DNA of 64,000 bases. It comes from Candidatus Microgenomates bacterium (GTDB taxonomy: Bacteria; Patescibacteriota; Microgenomatia; UBA8517). Below are positions 18,884 through 29,424 of this stretch, one piece after another. How positions within the stretch are numbered: the stretch's first letter is position 1; each line of letters starts with the position of its first letter. The position numbers and the translations under genes are program-made. The notes beneath the pieces were generated by a model, which was not told the DNA's origin, did no database searches, and saw only the letters and a list, made by a program, of their open reading frames with translations. The stretch covers positions 18,095 through 82,094 of the forward strand of contig JBEKNE010000001.1 of NCBI GenBank assembly GCA_049523135.1. The letters are read 5' to 3'.

Positions 18884-21217
18884 TCACAGATTCGACCGTC
18901 TTTCCATTTCAGCTTCCACTAGTTTTTCATCACGACCATACTTAAGTCTGCTCATTTCCTTGATTATCTCTGCAACCCTAGGACTCTCCATTGCCTTTAC
19001 TTTATTCAAATCTTTAGTCGTATCCATTGAAAATGGAGGAACCGGTTCGTTACCAACAATTGTCTTGATATAAGCGTGATATTTTTCAACATTCAAAAGA
19101 TCATCTTCTCCAAAAGTCGGGGTGAATTCATGCTGCAGGTAGTTTGCATCGGTTACACCAACTCGGTAGGAAATAATTGTTCCGACATTGCCAAAGACTG
19201 CATTTTTAACTTCTTCTTCAACTTGACCTATAAATTGGTTGGCAACACAAAGACCTAAACGGTACTTTCTGGCTTCGGAAAGAATCGTAGCAAAGTCCGG
19301 TGTGGCAAAATTCTGGAACTCATCAACATAGAAATAGAAATCACGTCTCTGCTCCATCGGAACACTGGCCCGACTCATTGCAGCCATCAAAATACGCGGC
19401 ACAAGAAGAAGTCCCAAGAAATTGCTGTTTTCCTCCCCCAAAGTTCCTTTGGCCAGATTAATAAGGAGAATTTTACCTTCATCCATAACTTTTCTAAAGT
19501 CAAACGAGCTTTGCGATTGCCCAATAATGTTTCTGATTAATTTGTTTGTGACAAAACGACCAAATTTCGACACGGTATAGTCCAGGACCTCCGATTTATG
19601 GAAGTCCGAGGTTTGCGCAATTTGATCTGTCCAGTAGCGTCTGACAATTGGATCGGTGACTTTCGGTAAAAGCTTCTGGACATAACTGGAATCTGTCATT
19701 GCCCTCACAAGCTCAACAAAGGTATTTCCCGGCTCAGCCATAACGGTAAGCATGGCATTTCTGACTCCGTGTTCAAATCTTGGTCCCACAATTCCGGTTT
19801 TATACGGATCAAAAAGTTTATACATGAGGTTTATTATTGATGTTGCCGCAAAGTGCTTTTCATCCTCAGTTTTTGCTTCAAGTAAATTCATTCCGATGGG
19901 TCTTTCTGTATCATTAGGATTAAAATAGATGACATCCTCCGCTCTTTCGGGAGGAATAAGTTTTAAAACATCTTCAACAGCATCACCGTGCGGATCCATG
20001 AAACAAAGTCCCTTTCCTTCTTTAATATCTTGCAAGATCATTGCTTTAAGAAGTTCAGATTTTCCTGTTCCGGTTTTTCCGATTATATAAACATGCCTCA
20101 TTCTGTCTTCATTACCGATATAAACCGGCCTTCTTATACCTCTATAAGCGCTAATACCAAGGTAAAGACCTTCGTTGGGAATTTGGGAGGGAGCGGGTGC
20201 CGTTTTTGAATTCAACCAAAAAATGTGCGGGGTTGTAATTTGTTTATTTGGGAAGTGAAAAATAGTCGCCAACTCTTCTGAGTTAAGAATAGATGAATGA
20301 TTTTTGAAAATATTAAACATCGGCTGATATCTATAAAGGAAATCTTCCATAAAAGCTGCTTTCCTATAAATCTTGCGGCTTTTAATAGTATTTAAATCTC
20401 CCGCAAACTGAGCCAAGGAACTGCCGATATTTGCAACATGGCTTTTGGCCGAATCTTCATCTTCCGATACCGCAATGACTCGAATTGAAGTCTCAAATCC
20501 GGGTTTAGCAATTTTATTTTCAACTGCTTCCAAGGTTTTTGCCGAAGTGGAATATTTAGCCTTTTCAGGATCGCTTTCCTGTTTTTTAATATCACTGATA
20601 AAATGACTTCCTTCTTTTTGCCAGGAGGAGTCCGCCGGAGAAATGAGAATTTGAATAACAGCTGCCTCCCCCGGACCCATCTTGGCCAAGTCTGAAGTAA
20701 TTCCAAGCATCGGGTCAGTTGCCAAATCTTTAAAAGTTTTTAGCGGGTAGAAATTACTTTTACCAAGTTGAAATGATTTGTAAGCAACTCTCCCTTTTTC
20801 GGTAAAAATATTATACTCATCAACTTCAATTATTTCCGCATCCGAATACTCGCCGTTTATCTGTTTTTCAACCAAGTCTTTTAATTTTTTAGGTACCCAA
20901 ACGTAAAAACGTATATCCTCCTGTTTGGCCACAATTTCAAAAGAAATGGCCGGTTGCATAAGAAACTTCTGTTTCCAACCGCTTTTTTTAATGGTATAAA
21001 GGCTCGAAATGAGCTGTTCCATTACATCAATTTTTATTTCGTTATTCCGCGGAACTGCAACTTGTAGAAGAACAGAATCTATCGAACCTTCCTCCCTCTT
21101 CCTGTTTTTGAAATAGATAAAAATGGCATAAGCCAATGCAACCAATAGAAATATAAAAACAGCAATAAAAACAGCTGCCAAAATGATTCCCGTGTAGTCA
21201 ATCGATCCCAAATACAT
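18884..21217 (-). CDS. type IV coupling protein-like (TraD/VirD4/HerA-like) ATPase
   Basis: N-terminal TM, RHVYIIGKTGTGKS Walker A, DPHGD, YVDEFQNF, SEARKYRL..ANQ. Confidence 0.88.
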   Translation of the reverse strand: MYLGSIDYTGIILAAVFIAVFIFLLVALAYAIFIYFKNRKREEGSIDSVLLQVAVPRNNEIKIDVMEQLISSLYTIKKSGWKQKFLMQPAISFEIVAKQEDIRFYVWVPKKLKDLVEKQINGEYSDAEIIEVDEYNIFTEKGRVAYKSFQLGKSNFYPLKTFKDLATDPMLGITSDLAKMGPGEAAVIQILISPADSSWQKEGSHFISDIKKQESDPEKAKYSTSAKTLEAVENKIAKPGFETSIRVIAVSEDEDSAKSHVANIGSSLAQFAGDLNTIKSRKIYRKAAFMEDFLYRYQPMFNIFKNHSSILNSEELATIFHFPNKQITTPHIFWLNSKTAPAPSQIPNEGLYLGISAYRGIRRPVYIGNEDRMRHVYIIGKTGTGKSELLKAMILQDIKEGKGLCFMDPHGDAVEDVLKLIPPERAEDVIYFNPNDTERPIGMNLLEAKTEDEKHFAATSIINLMYKLFDPYKTGIVGPRFEHGVRNAMLTVMAEPGNTFVELVRAMTDSSYVQKLLPKVTDPIVRRYWTDQIAQTSDFHKSEVLDYTVSKFGRFVTNKLIRNIIGQSQSSFDFRKVMDEGKILLINLAKGTLGEENSNFLGLLLVPRILMAAMSRASVPMEQRRDFYFYVDEFQNFATPDFATILSEARKYRLGLCVANQFIGQVEEEVKNAVFGNVGTIISYRVGVTDANYLQHEFTPTFGEDDLLNVEKYHAYIKTIVGNEPVPPFSMDTTKDLNKVKAMESPRVAEIIKEMSRLKYGRDEKLVEAEMERRSNL

Positions 21218-21218
21218 A

Positions 21219-21557
21219 TTATTCGCTCTTACCTCCAACCTGCCAGCCAAAATGAAATGCCTTTTTAAGAATCCTAAGCCAGAACATCCCTAACCACGTT
21301 ATAGACGAAGAAATGGAACCACTTGACCACTTGGTAAGGGTTACTGTATCTGCAGGGGGTTGAATATTAATAACTTGTGTAGGCGGAGTTTGAATTAAAG
21401 GTTTTCCTTTGTCGTCGTTCACTTGAGCCTTAAATGTTTTTTGAACGACCTGAACTCCCGTTTGTTTTAATGTTTCGGGAACAATAAATTCAGCCTCTTT
21501 GTTTACTTCCTGAAGCTCGGGAACTTCGGGTCTTGGAATTTCGGGTGTGGCAGCCAT
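21219..21557 (-). CDS. hypothetical protein
   Basis: 112-aa ORF directly upstream of the ATPase, with TACAAT just before its ATG. Confidence 0.7.
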   Translation of the reverse strand: MAATPEIPRPEVPELQEVNKEAEFIVPETLKQTGVQVVQKTFKAQVNDDKGKPLIQTPPTQVINIQPPADTVTLTKWSSGSISSSITWLGMFWLRILKKAFHFGWQVGGKSE

Positions 21558-21581
21558 ATAGATTTATTGTATATCAGTTAG

Positions 21582-22061
21582 CTACCCTCTCCAAGCCTCT
21601 TCTTTAAAACCGGATTTAAAATTTATTTCTCTTGCTTTTATAAAAAGATAATCCGAAAGACGATTAATGTAAATTAAAATCTCAGGCTTTGATTTTAATT
21701 CCACCAATTCCCTTTCGGCTCTTCGGCAAAGAGCTCTGGCAAAATAGAGCCGGGTTGCTCTTTTGTTACCACTATAAATCAGAAAGTTTTTTTGTACAGG
21801 AAGCTTTCTCTCAAGCCTATCAATTTCCTTTTCCAGTTTACTTGTCGCACTATCCGAAAACTTAATTTTTGCCCCGGTCAGAATTGCATTAATTGTAAAA
21901 AGATTCCGCTGAACTCCGGTAAACCCGCCTATAATTCCCAAAAATGAATTCAGTTCATCGATCGCACCAATTACTTTTATAAGCTTTGAGGATTTGGAAA
22001 CTCTTTTTCCTGAAAAAGTACCTGTTTCTCCTTTATCTCCTGTTTTTGTATAAATAGCCAT
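21582..22061 (-). CDS. pduO: cob(I)alamin adenosyltransferase, PduO type
   Basis: IYTKTGDKGET, GAIDELNSFLG, ARALCRRAER, YINRLSDYLF. Confidence 0.93.
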   Translation of the reverse strand: MAIYTKTGDKGETGTFSGKRVSKSSKLIKVIGAIDELNSFLGIIGGFTGVQRNLFTINAILTGAKIKFSDSATSKLEKEIDRLERKLPVQKNFLIYSGNKRATRLYFARALCRRAERELVELKSKPEILIYINRLSDYLFIKAREINFKSGFKEEAWRG

Positions 22062-22072
22062 TTACAGCTATT

Positions 22073-24532
22073 CTAACACTCTGAGTGTCCGCAGGCATGG
22101 CACTTGGCGCATCCCTCTTCATAAACCAGTGCCGGACTGCCACAGGAAGGACAAATATCTCCAACCGTTTCTGTTTTTTGCTCAACTTGAACCTTTTCAA
22201 TTTGTTCGGGTATTTGATGAGTAGCTTCGTGACTTTCAAAGCCGAAATGTAGCGATATCGCCTTGGCAACTGCATCCGGTAAAGATCTAATCTTATTCGG
22301 GCCAAACCCAACCGATCTTCCTCCACCAATTCCTCTAAGTTGTTCAACAATCTCGCGGGCTCTTTCAATTGGGGGTTTGTGATTCCCAAATCTGAGAGTC
22401 GTGGAAATCATCCGACCCAAGGCTTCTGCCATTGCAGCAACCTCACTTCCCGCTTTTCCGATTGTTATAAAGACTTCAAAAGGATTCCCCTGACTATCCT
22501 GATTAACGGTTATAAATGCACTACCAAGAGGTGTCACTATTCTATATGTCGCTCCCTCAACTTTCATCGGCCTTTCCATAATTACCTGTGTGGAAGCAGC
22601 AACTTCGCTTTTCGGAGTTTCCTTACTTATACCCAGATTAAGCACCTGCATACTTTTACTTCCATCTCTAAATATAGTAATCCCGTTACAACCACTCTCC
22701 CAGGCCATAAGATAAGCCTTTTTAACATCATCAACGGTTGCATCATGGCGAAGATTTATTGTTTTACTAACGGCATTTTCCGTATATTTTTGGAAAACAG
22801 ATTGTGTCCTTACATGCCAATCGATATCAATTTCGTGAGCAGTCCCAAATATTCGCCTTACATCCTCCGGAATCTCAAGAATATCTCTGACGACACCCTT
22901 CTCGGCAACTTTTGTCATTAGTTCTTCCGACCAAAAACCTTTTTCTTTAGCAATTCTTTCAAAATCCGGGTTTATAAATGACAACTTTCTATCCAGATGC
23001 TGGTCTTTAACAATATGTTGATAAGCTACAGCAAACATTGGTTCAATTCCGCTACTGGCGCCGGCAATAATAGAGATTGTTCCTGTTGGCGCAATTGTCG
23101 TAACCGTTGAATTTCTTCTGGGCGCTTCTTCTCTATAAATAGAAACCGGCCAAAGAAGGAAGGGTCCGCGCTTCTTAGCCAATTCGCGGGATTCTTCAAC
23201 CGCTTCTTTTTCAACCACCTTCATAATCTTCTCCCCCAATTCCATCGCTTCTTCACTATCGTAAGGAATTCCAAGGTTCACAAGTATGTCAGCCCAACCC
23301 CCGATTCCCAACCCGATACGTCTGCTGTTAAAAACAGTCTTCCGTATCTGATCCAGTGGATATGGATTAACTTCAATGACATCATCCAAAAACTTGACAG
23401 CTTGGTGAGTAACTTCTTTAAGTCTTTTCCAATCGACTTCTTTTCTACCTTCATGATCGTTAATAAAATATGTCAGGAAAATGCTTCCAAGGTTGCAGGC
23501 ATCAAACGGGTAAAGAGGCTGTTCCCCACAAGGATTAGTTGATTCAATCGGACCAAGAGCCGGAATCGGATTGGAAGAACCCTTATTAATTCTATCTATA
23601 AATATAAGTCCCGGATCCCCCGTTTTCCAAGCTCCCTCGGCAATTTCGTCAAAAACACGTCTTGCGGAAAGAGTTCCCGTAACTTCTTTTGTTTTCGGAC
23701 TAATTAGTTCATATTCCTCATCTTTGTAATAAGCATCAATAAACTTATCGGTAATGGCAACCGAAATGTTGAAATTTGTTATCCCTCCATTCTCTTTACA
23801 ATGAATAAATTCCAAAATATCCGGATGATCCACCCGAAGTATCCCCATATTTGCCCCTCTTCTTTTTCCTCCCTGTTTAACCTCGTTTGTGGAAGCGTCA
23901 AAAATACGCATAAAAGATATCGGTCCGGACGCGGTTCCCGAAGAAGTCTTCACAATTGAGCCATTGGGGCGAAGCCTGCTGAAAGAAAAACCCGTTCCTC
24001 CGCCGGTCTTGTGAATTATTGCCTGATATTTCAGGGCATCGAAAATTCCTTCCATAGAATCCTCCACAGGCAACACAAAACAAGCCGAATATTGAAGTCC
24101 GTTATCAGTCCCTGCATTCATGAGAGTCGGAGAATTCGGTAAAAACTCCCGCGAAATCATCAATTTATAAAATTCTTTTGCAAGTTCTCCTACATCTTTT
24201 CTTTTCATTCCCCATCTGGATTCAGCAGAAGCAATTTCCCAAGCAACTCTCCAAACCATATCTTCAGGGGTTTCTATCGGACTTAAATTCTCATCCTTTA
24301 CCAAGTATCTCTCATCAAGAACTTTCAGAGCTTGTTCAGTCCAAATTCCTTTGGGAAGATTTTCATCCCTTTCCGGCCGTTTCCCTATCTTCTTTTTTAT
24401 ATCAGAAATTATTTCCTGATAAGACGGAGCAATCAAATCGTTTAGTGTTATTCTTGTTTCACCGTTTTTATAAACGATTTTTCTGCGCTTAACCCTAACT
24501 GCTTTTTTATTATTTATAGTTTGTAATGCCAT
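22073..24532 (-). CDS. nrdJ: class II adenosylcobalamin-dependent ribonucleotide reductase
   Basis: FLPNSPTLMNAG, SACFVL, TNPCGEQPL, ACNLGS, TIAPTGT; C-terminal TSCPD-like region and Zn ribbon. Confidence 0.94.
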   Translation of the reverse strand: MALQTINNKKAVRVKRRKIVYKNGETRITLNDLIAPSYQEIISDIKKKIGKRPERDENLPKGIWTEQALKVLDERYLVKDENLSPIETPEDMVWRVAWEIASAESRWGMKRKDVGELAKEFYKLMISREFLPNSPTLMNAGTDNGLQYSACFVLPVEDSMEGIFDALKYQAIIHKTGGGTGFSFSRLRPNGSIVKTSSGTASGPISFMRIFDASTNEVKQGGKRRGANMGILRVDHPDILEFIHCKENGGITNFNISVAITDKFIDAYYKDEEYELISPKTKEVTGTLSARRVFDEIAEGAWKTGDPGLIFIDRINKGSSNPIPALGPIESTNPCGEQPLYPFDACNLGSIFLTYFINDHEGRKEVDWKRLKEVTHQAVKFLDDVIEVNPYPLDQIRKTVFNSRRIGLGIGGWADILVNLGIPYDSEEAMELGEKIMKVVEKEAVEESRELAKKRGPFLLWPVSIYREEAPRRNSTVTTIAPTGTISIIAGASSGIEPMFAVAYQHIVKDQHLDRKLSFINPDFERIAKEKGFWSEELMTKVAEKGVVRDILEIPEDVRRIFGTAHEIDIDWHVRTQSVFQKYTENAVSKTINLRHDATVDDVKKAYLMAWESGCNGITIFRDGSKSMQVLNLGISKETPKSEVAASTQVIMERPMKVEGATYRIVTPLGSAFITVNQDSQGNPFEVFITIGKAGSEVAAMAEALGRMISTTLRFGNHKPPIERAREIVEQLRGIGGGRSVGFGPNKIRSLPDAVAKAISLHFGFESHEATHQIPEQIEKVQVEQKTETVGDICPSCGSPALVYEEGCAKCHACGHSEC

Positions 24533-24546
24533 TTTATATTAGGTAT

Positions 24547-24993
24547 TTATTCGCTGGTTTTCTCTATCAGCTTTTCAAAATCACTTAAATCCTCAAACTC
24601 AAGGTAAACACTGGCAAACCTGAGCCAGGCAACTTTATCTATTTTCTTCAGTCTTTTCAAAACTGCATTTCCGATTGCCCGGGACGGAATTTCCTGTTTA
24701 TCGCTTCTTAGCATTTCCATCTCTACCTGATCTACAACATCATCAACCAAATCCAAGGATACGGGTCTTTTTTCAATTGCTCTCAAGATTCCCCTTTTTA
24801 CTTTTTCCTTTTCAAAAACCTCCCGTCTTCCATCCTTTTTAATTACCCAAAGAAAACTTTTTTTAACTGCTTCTATGGTCGTAAAACGCTTGCCGCACTT
24901 ACCACATTCTCTCCTTCTTCTTATAGAACCATCCTCAACAGTTCTGCTTTCAAGAACGCTTGTTTCAGCTGTACCGCAAAAAGGACACTTCAT
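24547..24993 (-). CDS. nrdR: transcriptional repressor NrdR
   Basis: MKCPFC..IRRRRECGKCGKRFTT Zn ribbon plus ATP cone ending VAWLRFASVY. Confidence 0.96.
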   Translation of the reverse strand: MKCPFCGTAETSVLESRTVEDGSIRRRRECGKCGKRFTTIEAVKKSFLWVIKKDGRREVFEKEKVKRGILRAIEKRPVSLDLVDDVVDQVEMEMLRSDKQEIPSRAIGNAVLKRLKKIDKVAWLRFASVYLEFEDLSDFEKLIEKTSE

Positions 24994-25019
24994 AAATGTT
25001 TCACATATGTAAAGAAAAT

Positions 25020-25067
25020 ACTCTACAAATAGTGATAGCACTGATTTTCAAACACTACCCCTAGACT
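25020..25067. promoter_or_regulatory. tandem NrdR-box-like sites
   Basis: ACTCTACAAATAGTGA (25020-35) and ACACTACCCCTAGACT (25052-67) resemble acaCwAtATaTwGtgt, are 32 bp apart, and lie next to a minus-strand TTGACA upstream of nrdR. Confidence 0.55.
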
Positions 25068-25217
25068 GTCAACTAGTAAGATTTTATACAAAATATATCA
25101 CATCAGGCTCGGGGTATGCTTGGGTTTTTAATAATTCCTGAAGTTTTTTGCGGAAATTATTTTTAATGAAGAATTTGAACTTTTAGAAATCATAAAAAAA
25201 TGAAGCGTTTTTGCCAA

Positions 25218-25847
25218 TTAATCCCCATCAAACGGGTTAATTGGTACCGGCAATCCTTTAGAATTTAAACCATCTCTTGCCGCTTTATAAGAATTTTTCG
25301 CGTAATTTTCCGTTTTAATTGCCAAGGGTCTTCCGTTCTCAGGGATTAACGGCAACATATTCTCAATCATCTCACGATGTTTAAGTGAAGCGGTAGCAAG
25401 TTTATTTAAAAAGGCACGGGTATCATACCCTTGCGTTCCGGCTAAAGTTTCATCATTTACGGCTACTTCTAAATATTTCTCCCCTTTCGTTAGAGTTGAC
25501 ATTGCAATGTCGGGTTTACCTTCCTCGAATAAGGTTTGCGCGTAGATAAGTCTTTTATCCGAAAAAAGGAGTGCCAGTTCCGCTTTCTTAAGGGGAGACA
25601 GAGTCAAAACATACCAAATTTTGTCCCTTAAAGCTTTTAATCCCCAAAGCGGGTTATCCGGTAGAATGCCGCCTGCATATTGAAATGTGTAATTTATCAT
25701 CGAAGTTTCACAATTATTGTTAGCCGAGGTGGAAAGGGGTTTAAACGGGGCGTATGAATACGATACGGAAGATGATTCAAAGATGGAGACAAAAAGAATG
25801 GCGAAAGCAAAGACAAAAACACCAAGTCCGAGTAAATATTTTTTCAT
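25218..25847 (-). CDS. DUF5667-like exported protein
   Basis: Signal/TM then GILPDNPLWGLK..RD and SDKRL motifs. Confidence 0.7.
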   Translation of the reverse strand: MKKYLLGLGVFVFAFAILFVSIFESSSVSYSYAPFKPLSTSANNNCETSMINYTFQYAGGILPDNPLWGLKALRDKIWYVLTLSPLKKAELALLFSDKRLIYAQTLFEEGKPDIAMSTLTKGEKYLEVAVNDETLAGTQGYDTRAFLNKLATASLKHREMIENMLPLIPENGRPLAIKTENYAKNSYKAARDGLNSKGLPVPINPFDGD

Positions 25848-25893
25848 TATCGGGTAGCTACCATCCTAGCTCCTATATAAGAACTCTGTCAAG

Positions 25894-26541
25894 TTATCTA
25901 AAAAGAATAATCGGCCATTCCCAAAGGACGTGGAGAATAATTGAACCGCTGATATTTTTGGTCTTGGCAAAGACAAACGCAGACCCAATTCCAAAAATAG
26001 CTGTCAATATCAGATATAAAATCCCTGCCGATAAACTTAATTTCCAAACGAAGAAAGCTATCGGAACATGTATAACCGTCCATAGAATAGTGGAAATAAA
26101 ATTTGCCGACCACTCGTTCATTAAAACCGACCACAATCTGCCGAAAATATATCCTCTGAAAGCAATTTCTTCTGAAATAGCCGTTGCAAAAGAAAGACCC
26201 AAGGAAATTATTAAAGGAGAAGAACCTATATTTGCAGCAAAATTAAAACGCCCATACTTCAAAAAGTTTGTAAGAACCGCTTCCAAAACAAAAATTACTC
26301 CCAGACCCAATGAAAGATATACCGAATAGAAAAAATTCTTAAAAGTAATACCCAGAGAAGAAAAACTAAATCCGTCTCGTCCCGCAAACCAAAAAAGCGG
26401 AAAAAGCCAAAGTACCGGTTTAATTACCAACTCTTCCACTTCGTCAGGAAGTTGAAAAAGGAACCTGTAGAACGCCCAAATCAAAATAAGGTATGTTGAA
26501 TAAACCGTAACGTTTTTTAAAATCTTGAATTTGGCAACCAT
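25894..26541 (-). CDS. CPBP (CAAX/Abi) intramembrane metalloprotease
   Basis: EEIAFRG, W..IH and IILHVLW motifs in a multi-TM protein. Confidence 0.88.
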   Translation of the reverse strand: MVAKFKILKNVTVYSTYLILIWAFYRFLFQLPDEVEELVIKPVLWLFPLFWFAGRDGFSFSSLGITFKNFFYSVYLSLGLGVIFVLEAVLTNFLKYGRFNFAANIGSSPLIISLGLSFATAISEEIAFRGYIFGRLWSVLMNEWSANFISTILWTVIHVPIAFFVWKLSLSAGILYLILTAIFGIGSAFVFAKTKNISGSIILHVLWEWPIILFR

Positions 26542-26544
26542 TGC

Positions 26545-27060
26545 TTAATTTATTATTTTACATCCTTCAAACGATTCATCAATTGCGCTAACGATCATCT
26601 CAATCCTCTCCCCCGCCTCGGGAAGCGTTATTACATTTTTTTCATTCGGAAACCAATGAAAGGTTAAATTTCTTGAAAGTCTCCAAGTATCCCAAAGCTT
26701 ATCTGCAAGCTTACGCCCCTGACAATGCTCCACTATTTTGTTATAAATACTTTCTTTTTCTAATTCCTTAGGCAAAGACGGATTAAGGGCTTTTCCAATT
26801 CTGAAGTGTTTTCCGTAATAATCTTCCTCTGAAATAAATTTCATATCCAAAAAAAGCTTTTTCAAAAAACCTTCATAAGCTTTTGCTGCAGGAAAAACAA
26901 CAAATGAATAATCGTCAAACTCTTCCTTTCCGCCGGGTAGATCTGCTCCCCAGCCTTCCACAACACGGTAAATAAATTCAGATGTTGCTATAAGTTTTTG
27001 AAGATCCTCACCAAGATATTTCCACCAAGTCTTAGCCTCAAGTGCACTTAATGTTTCCAT
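26545..27060 (-). CDS. HEPN-domain protein resembling the RnlA/LsoA C-terminal domain
   Basis: DYSFVVFPAAKAYEGFLKK and R-x4-H motif RNLTFH. Confidence 0.6.
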   Translation of the reverse strand: METLSALEAKTWWKYLGEDLQKLIATSEFIYRVVEGWGADLPGGKEEFDDYSFVVFPAAKAYEGFLKKLFLDMKFISEEDYYGKHFRIGKALNPSLPKELEKESIYNKIVEHCQGRKLADKLWDTWRLSRNLTFHWFPNEKNVITLPEAGERIEMIVSAIDESFEGCKIIN

Positions 27061-27124
27061 TACAAATTTATTATAGCAAAAAGATTTGGATTATACTTTA
27101 AATACAAAGTATAATTTAGTTCAG

Positions 27125-29374
27125 ATGAAAAAACTATTTTCTTTCCTATTAGGAAGGATAAAACTTCTCTTTACAACGGCGCATGGAATAAAGTTTTTAA
27201 TATACTGGGGAGTAATTTTAGGAGTCGGTATTTACCTCTTCTGGGGAATTCCCCTACCAACTGCCATTAATGGTGCCAATAACCAGCCTGTATCCACAAA
27301 AATCTTCGACAGAAACGGAAAACTTATTTACGAAATCTATACCGATAAAAAAAGAACCCCTATTTCCCTATCTGAAATGCCCGCTAATTTAAAAAATGCA
27401 ACTATTTCAATAGAAGACAAATATTTTTATACAAACCAGGGAATTTCCATAACAGGAATTGCGAGAGCAATTTTTAATACCATTTTCAAGCGTCAGCTCC
27501 AGGGCGGTTCAACAATAACTCAGCAGTTGGTTAAAAATGCATTTCTAACAAATGACAGAACCGTTAGAAGAAAGGCTCAGGAACTGGTACTGACAATGAT
27601 AACCGAAAGTACTTATTCAAAAGATCAAATACTGGAAATGTATCTGAATACAATTCCTTACGGCGGAACCGCATATGGAATTGAGGCGGCAAGCGAAACA
27701 TATTTCAATAAGTCAGCAAAAGATCTTGATCTTGCGGAGTCAGCACTTCTGGCAGGTCTCCCCCAGTCCCCATCCACTTATTCCCCGTACGGAGCCCATC
27801 CTGAACTCGCCAAGGGGCGTCAGGAGGAAGTTCTTAAACAAATGGTAGACAATAAATATATTACTCAAGACCAAGCAGATCAAGCCGACAAAGAACCTTT
27901 AAACTATGCTGCCATTAGTCCCCCTCAAGCTCCTCACTTTGCTCTCTGGATTAAGGCCCAGCTCGCGGAAAAATATGGAGACAAGATGGTGGAACAGGGG
28001 GGACTCCGAGTTTACACGACTCTTGATCTTGACATCCAAAATTTGGCTCAACAGGCAGTTGCAACTGAAGTAGGTAAACTCAAAAATCAACATGTAGGTA
28101 ATGGGGCAGTAATCGTCACAAGACCATCGACTGGAGAAATTCTGGCAATGGTCGGGTCAAAAGACTACTTTGCAACCGATGAAGACGGAAAGGTAAATGT
28201 AACTCTCGCGGAAAGACAACCGGGAAGCTCAATCAAACCCCTTAACTACGCTCTGGCTTTCAGAGACCAAAAAATCACACCGGCAACGGCCATTGCAGAC
28301 GTACCAACCTGCTTCAATGTTGCCGGACAACGATCATATTGCCCTGTAAATTATGACAACACGTTCCATGGTTTAGTTGAAGCAAGATTTGCATTGGGAA
28401 ATTCATATAACATCCCTGCAGTTAAAGTTCTTGCTCTAAATGGGGTCGAAAATTTTATTAACTTTGCAAAACTCATGGGGATTACCACCCTGACGGATCC
28501 AAGCGGCTACGGACTTTCGGCAACTCTCGGGGGACTTCTTGTCAGGCCATACGATATGGCGGTTGCCTTCGGGGTATTTGCAAATCAGGGAGTTGAGCAA
28601 CCGCTCATTGCCATTACTAAAGTTACGGACTGGAAAGGAAATGTCCTCGAGCAATATGATCCAACTAAAAACGAACTCACTGGAACAAGAGTATTGGATC
28701 CAAGTGTTACATTCTTAATTTCCCACATTCTTTTGGACAATAATGCCAGAACCGCCGCTTTTGGATCCTCTTCTTACTTAAATGTTTCCGGACATCCTGA
28801 AGTCTCGGTAAAAACAGGGACAACAAACGACCGACGTGATAACTGGACAATTGGTTATACGGCAGATGCGGTTGTTGTCACTTGGGTTGGAAATAATGAT
28901 AATACTCCGATGAGCGGTGCCGTTTCCGGAATTTCCGGCGCTTCCCCAATCTGGAATAAGGTTATGAAGGCAGTTTTGAATAAAGCCGAATCAGGAGCTT
29001 ATGATAAAAACGAAACAGGGCATGCATGGCCAAAACAACCGGACGGTGTTGTTGGAGCAACAGTCTGCGCAGATACCGGAGGAGCACCTTCCGCCGATCC
29101 TGCAAATCCAGGCTGCCCGACAAGATTTGAGTACTTTTTAACGGGAACTGTACCGACAACTTCAAATGTTGTTAATCAAGATGTTCAAATAAATAACACC
29201 ACAGGACAACTTGCCGGACCAAATGATACTCCTGATCAGGTACATACGGAAAATAAGCCCACCTATACAGATCCTGACGGAACTATGTATTGTTTGACGT
29301 GTCCAATCGCAAGTGAGTCGGCAACCATAAACTATCCTCTACCCCAAACCTCAACTCCAACTCCGAGTCAGTAA
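27125..29374 (+). CDS. class A penicillin-binding protein (PBP1A family)
   Basis: IEDK.F and GGSTITQQLVKN transglycosylase motifs; SSIK, SYN, KTGT transpeptidase motifs. Confidence 0.95.
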   Translation: MKKLFSFLLGRIKLLFTTAHGIKFLIYWGVILGVGIYLFWGIPLPTAINGANNQPVSTKIFDRNGKLIYEIYTDKKRTPISLSEMPANLKNATISIEDKYFYTNQGISITGIARAIFNTIFKRQLQGGSTITQQLVKNAFLTNDRTVRRKAQELVLTMITESTYSKDQILEMYLNTIPYGGTAYGIEAASETYFNKSAKDLDLAESALLAGLPQSPSTYSPYGAHPELAKGRQEEVLKQMVDNKYITQDQADQADKEPLNYAAISPPQAPHFALWIKAQLAEKYGDKMVEQGGLRVYTTLDLDIQNLAQQAVATEVGKLKNQHVGNGAVIVTRPSTGEILAMVGSKDYFATDEDGKVNVTLAERQPGSSIKPLNYALAFRDQKITPATAIADVPTCFNVAGQRSYCPVNYDNTFHGLVEARFALGNSYNIPAVKVLALNGVENFINFAKLMGITTLTDPSGYGLSATLGGLLVRPYDMAVAFGVFANQGVEQPLIAITKVTDWKGNVLEQYDPTKNELTGTRVLDPSVTFLISHILLDNNARTAAFGSSSYLNVSGHPEVSVKTGTTNDRRDNWTIGYTADAVVVTWVGNNDNTPMSGAVSGISGASPIWNKVMKAVLNKAESGAYDKNETGHAWPKQPDGVVGATVCADTGGAPSADPANPGCPTRFEYFLTGTVPTTSNVVNQDVQINNTTGQLAGPNDTPDQVHTENKPTYTDPDGTMYCLTCPIASESATINYPLPQTSTPTPSQ

Positions 29375-29424
29375 GATGGATTACTCTACCATTTCGGGTA
29401 ATTTACTGTTACAATTCGCGGCAA

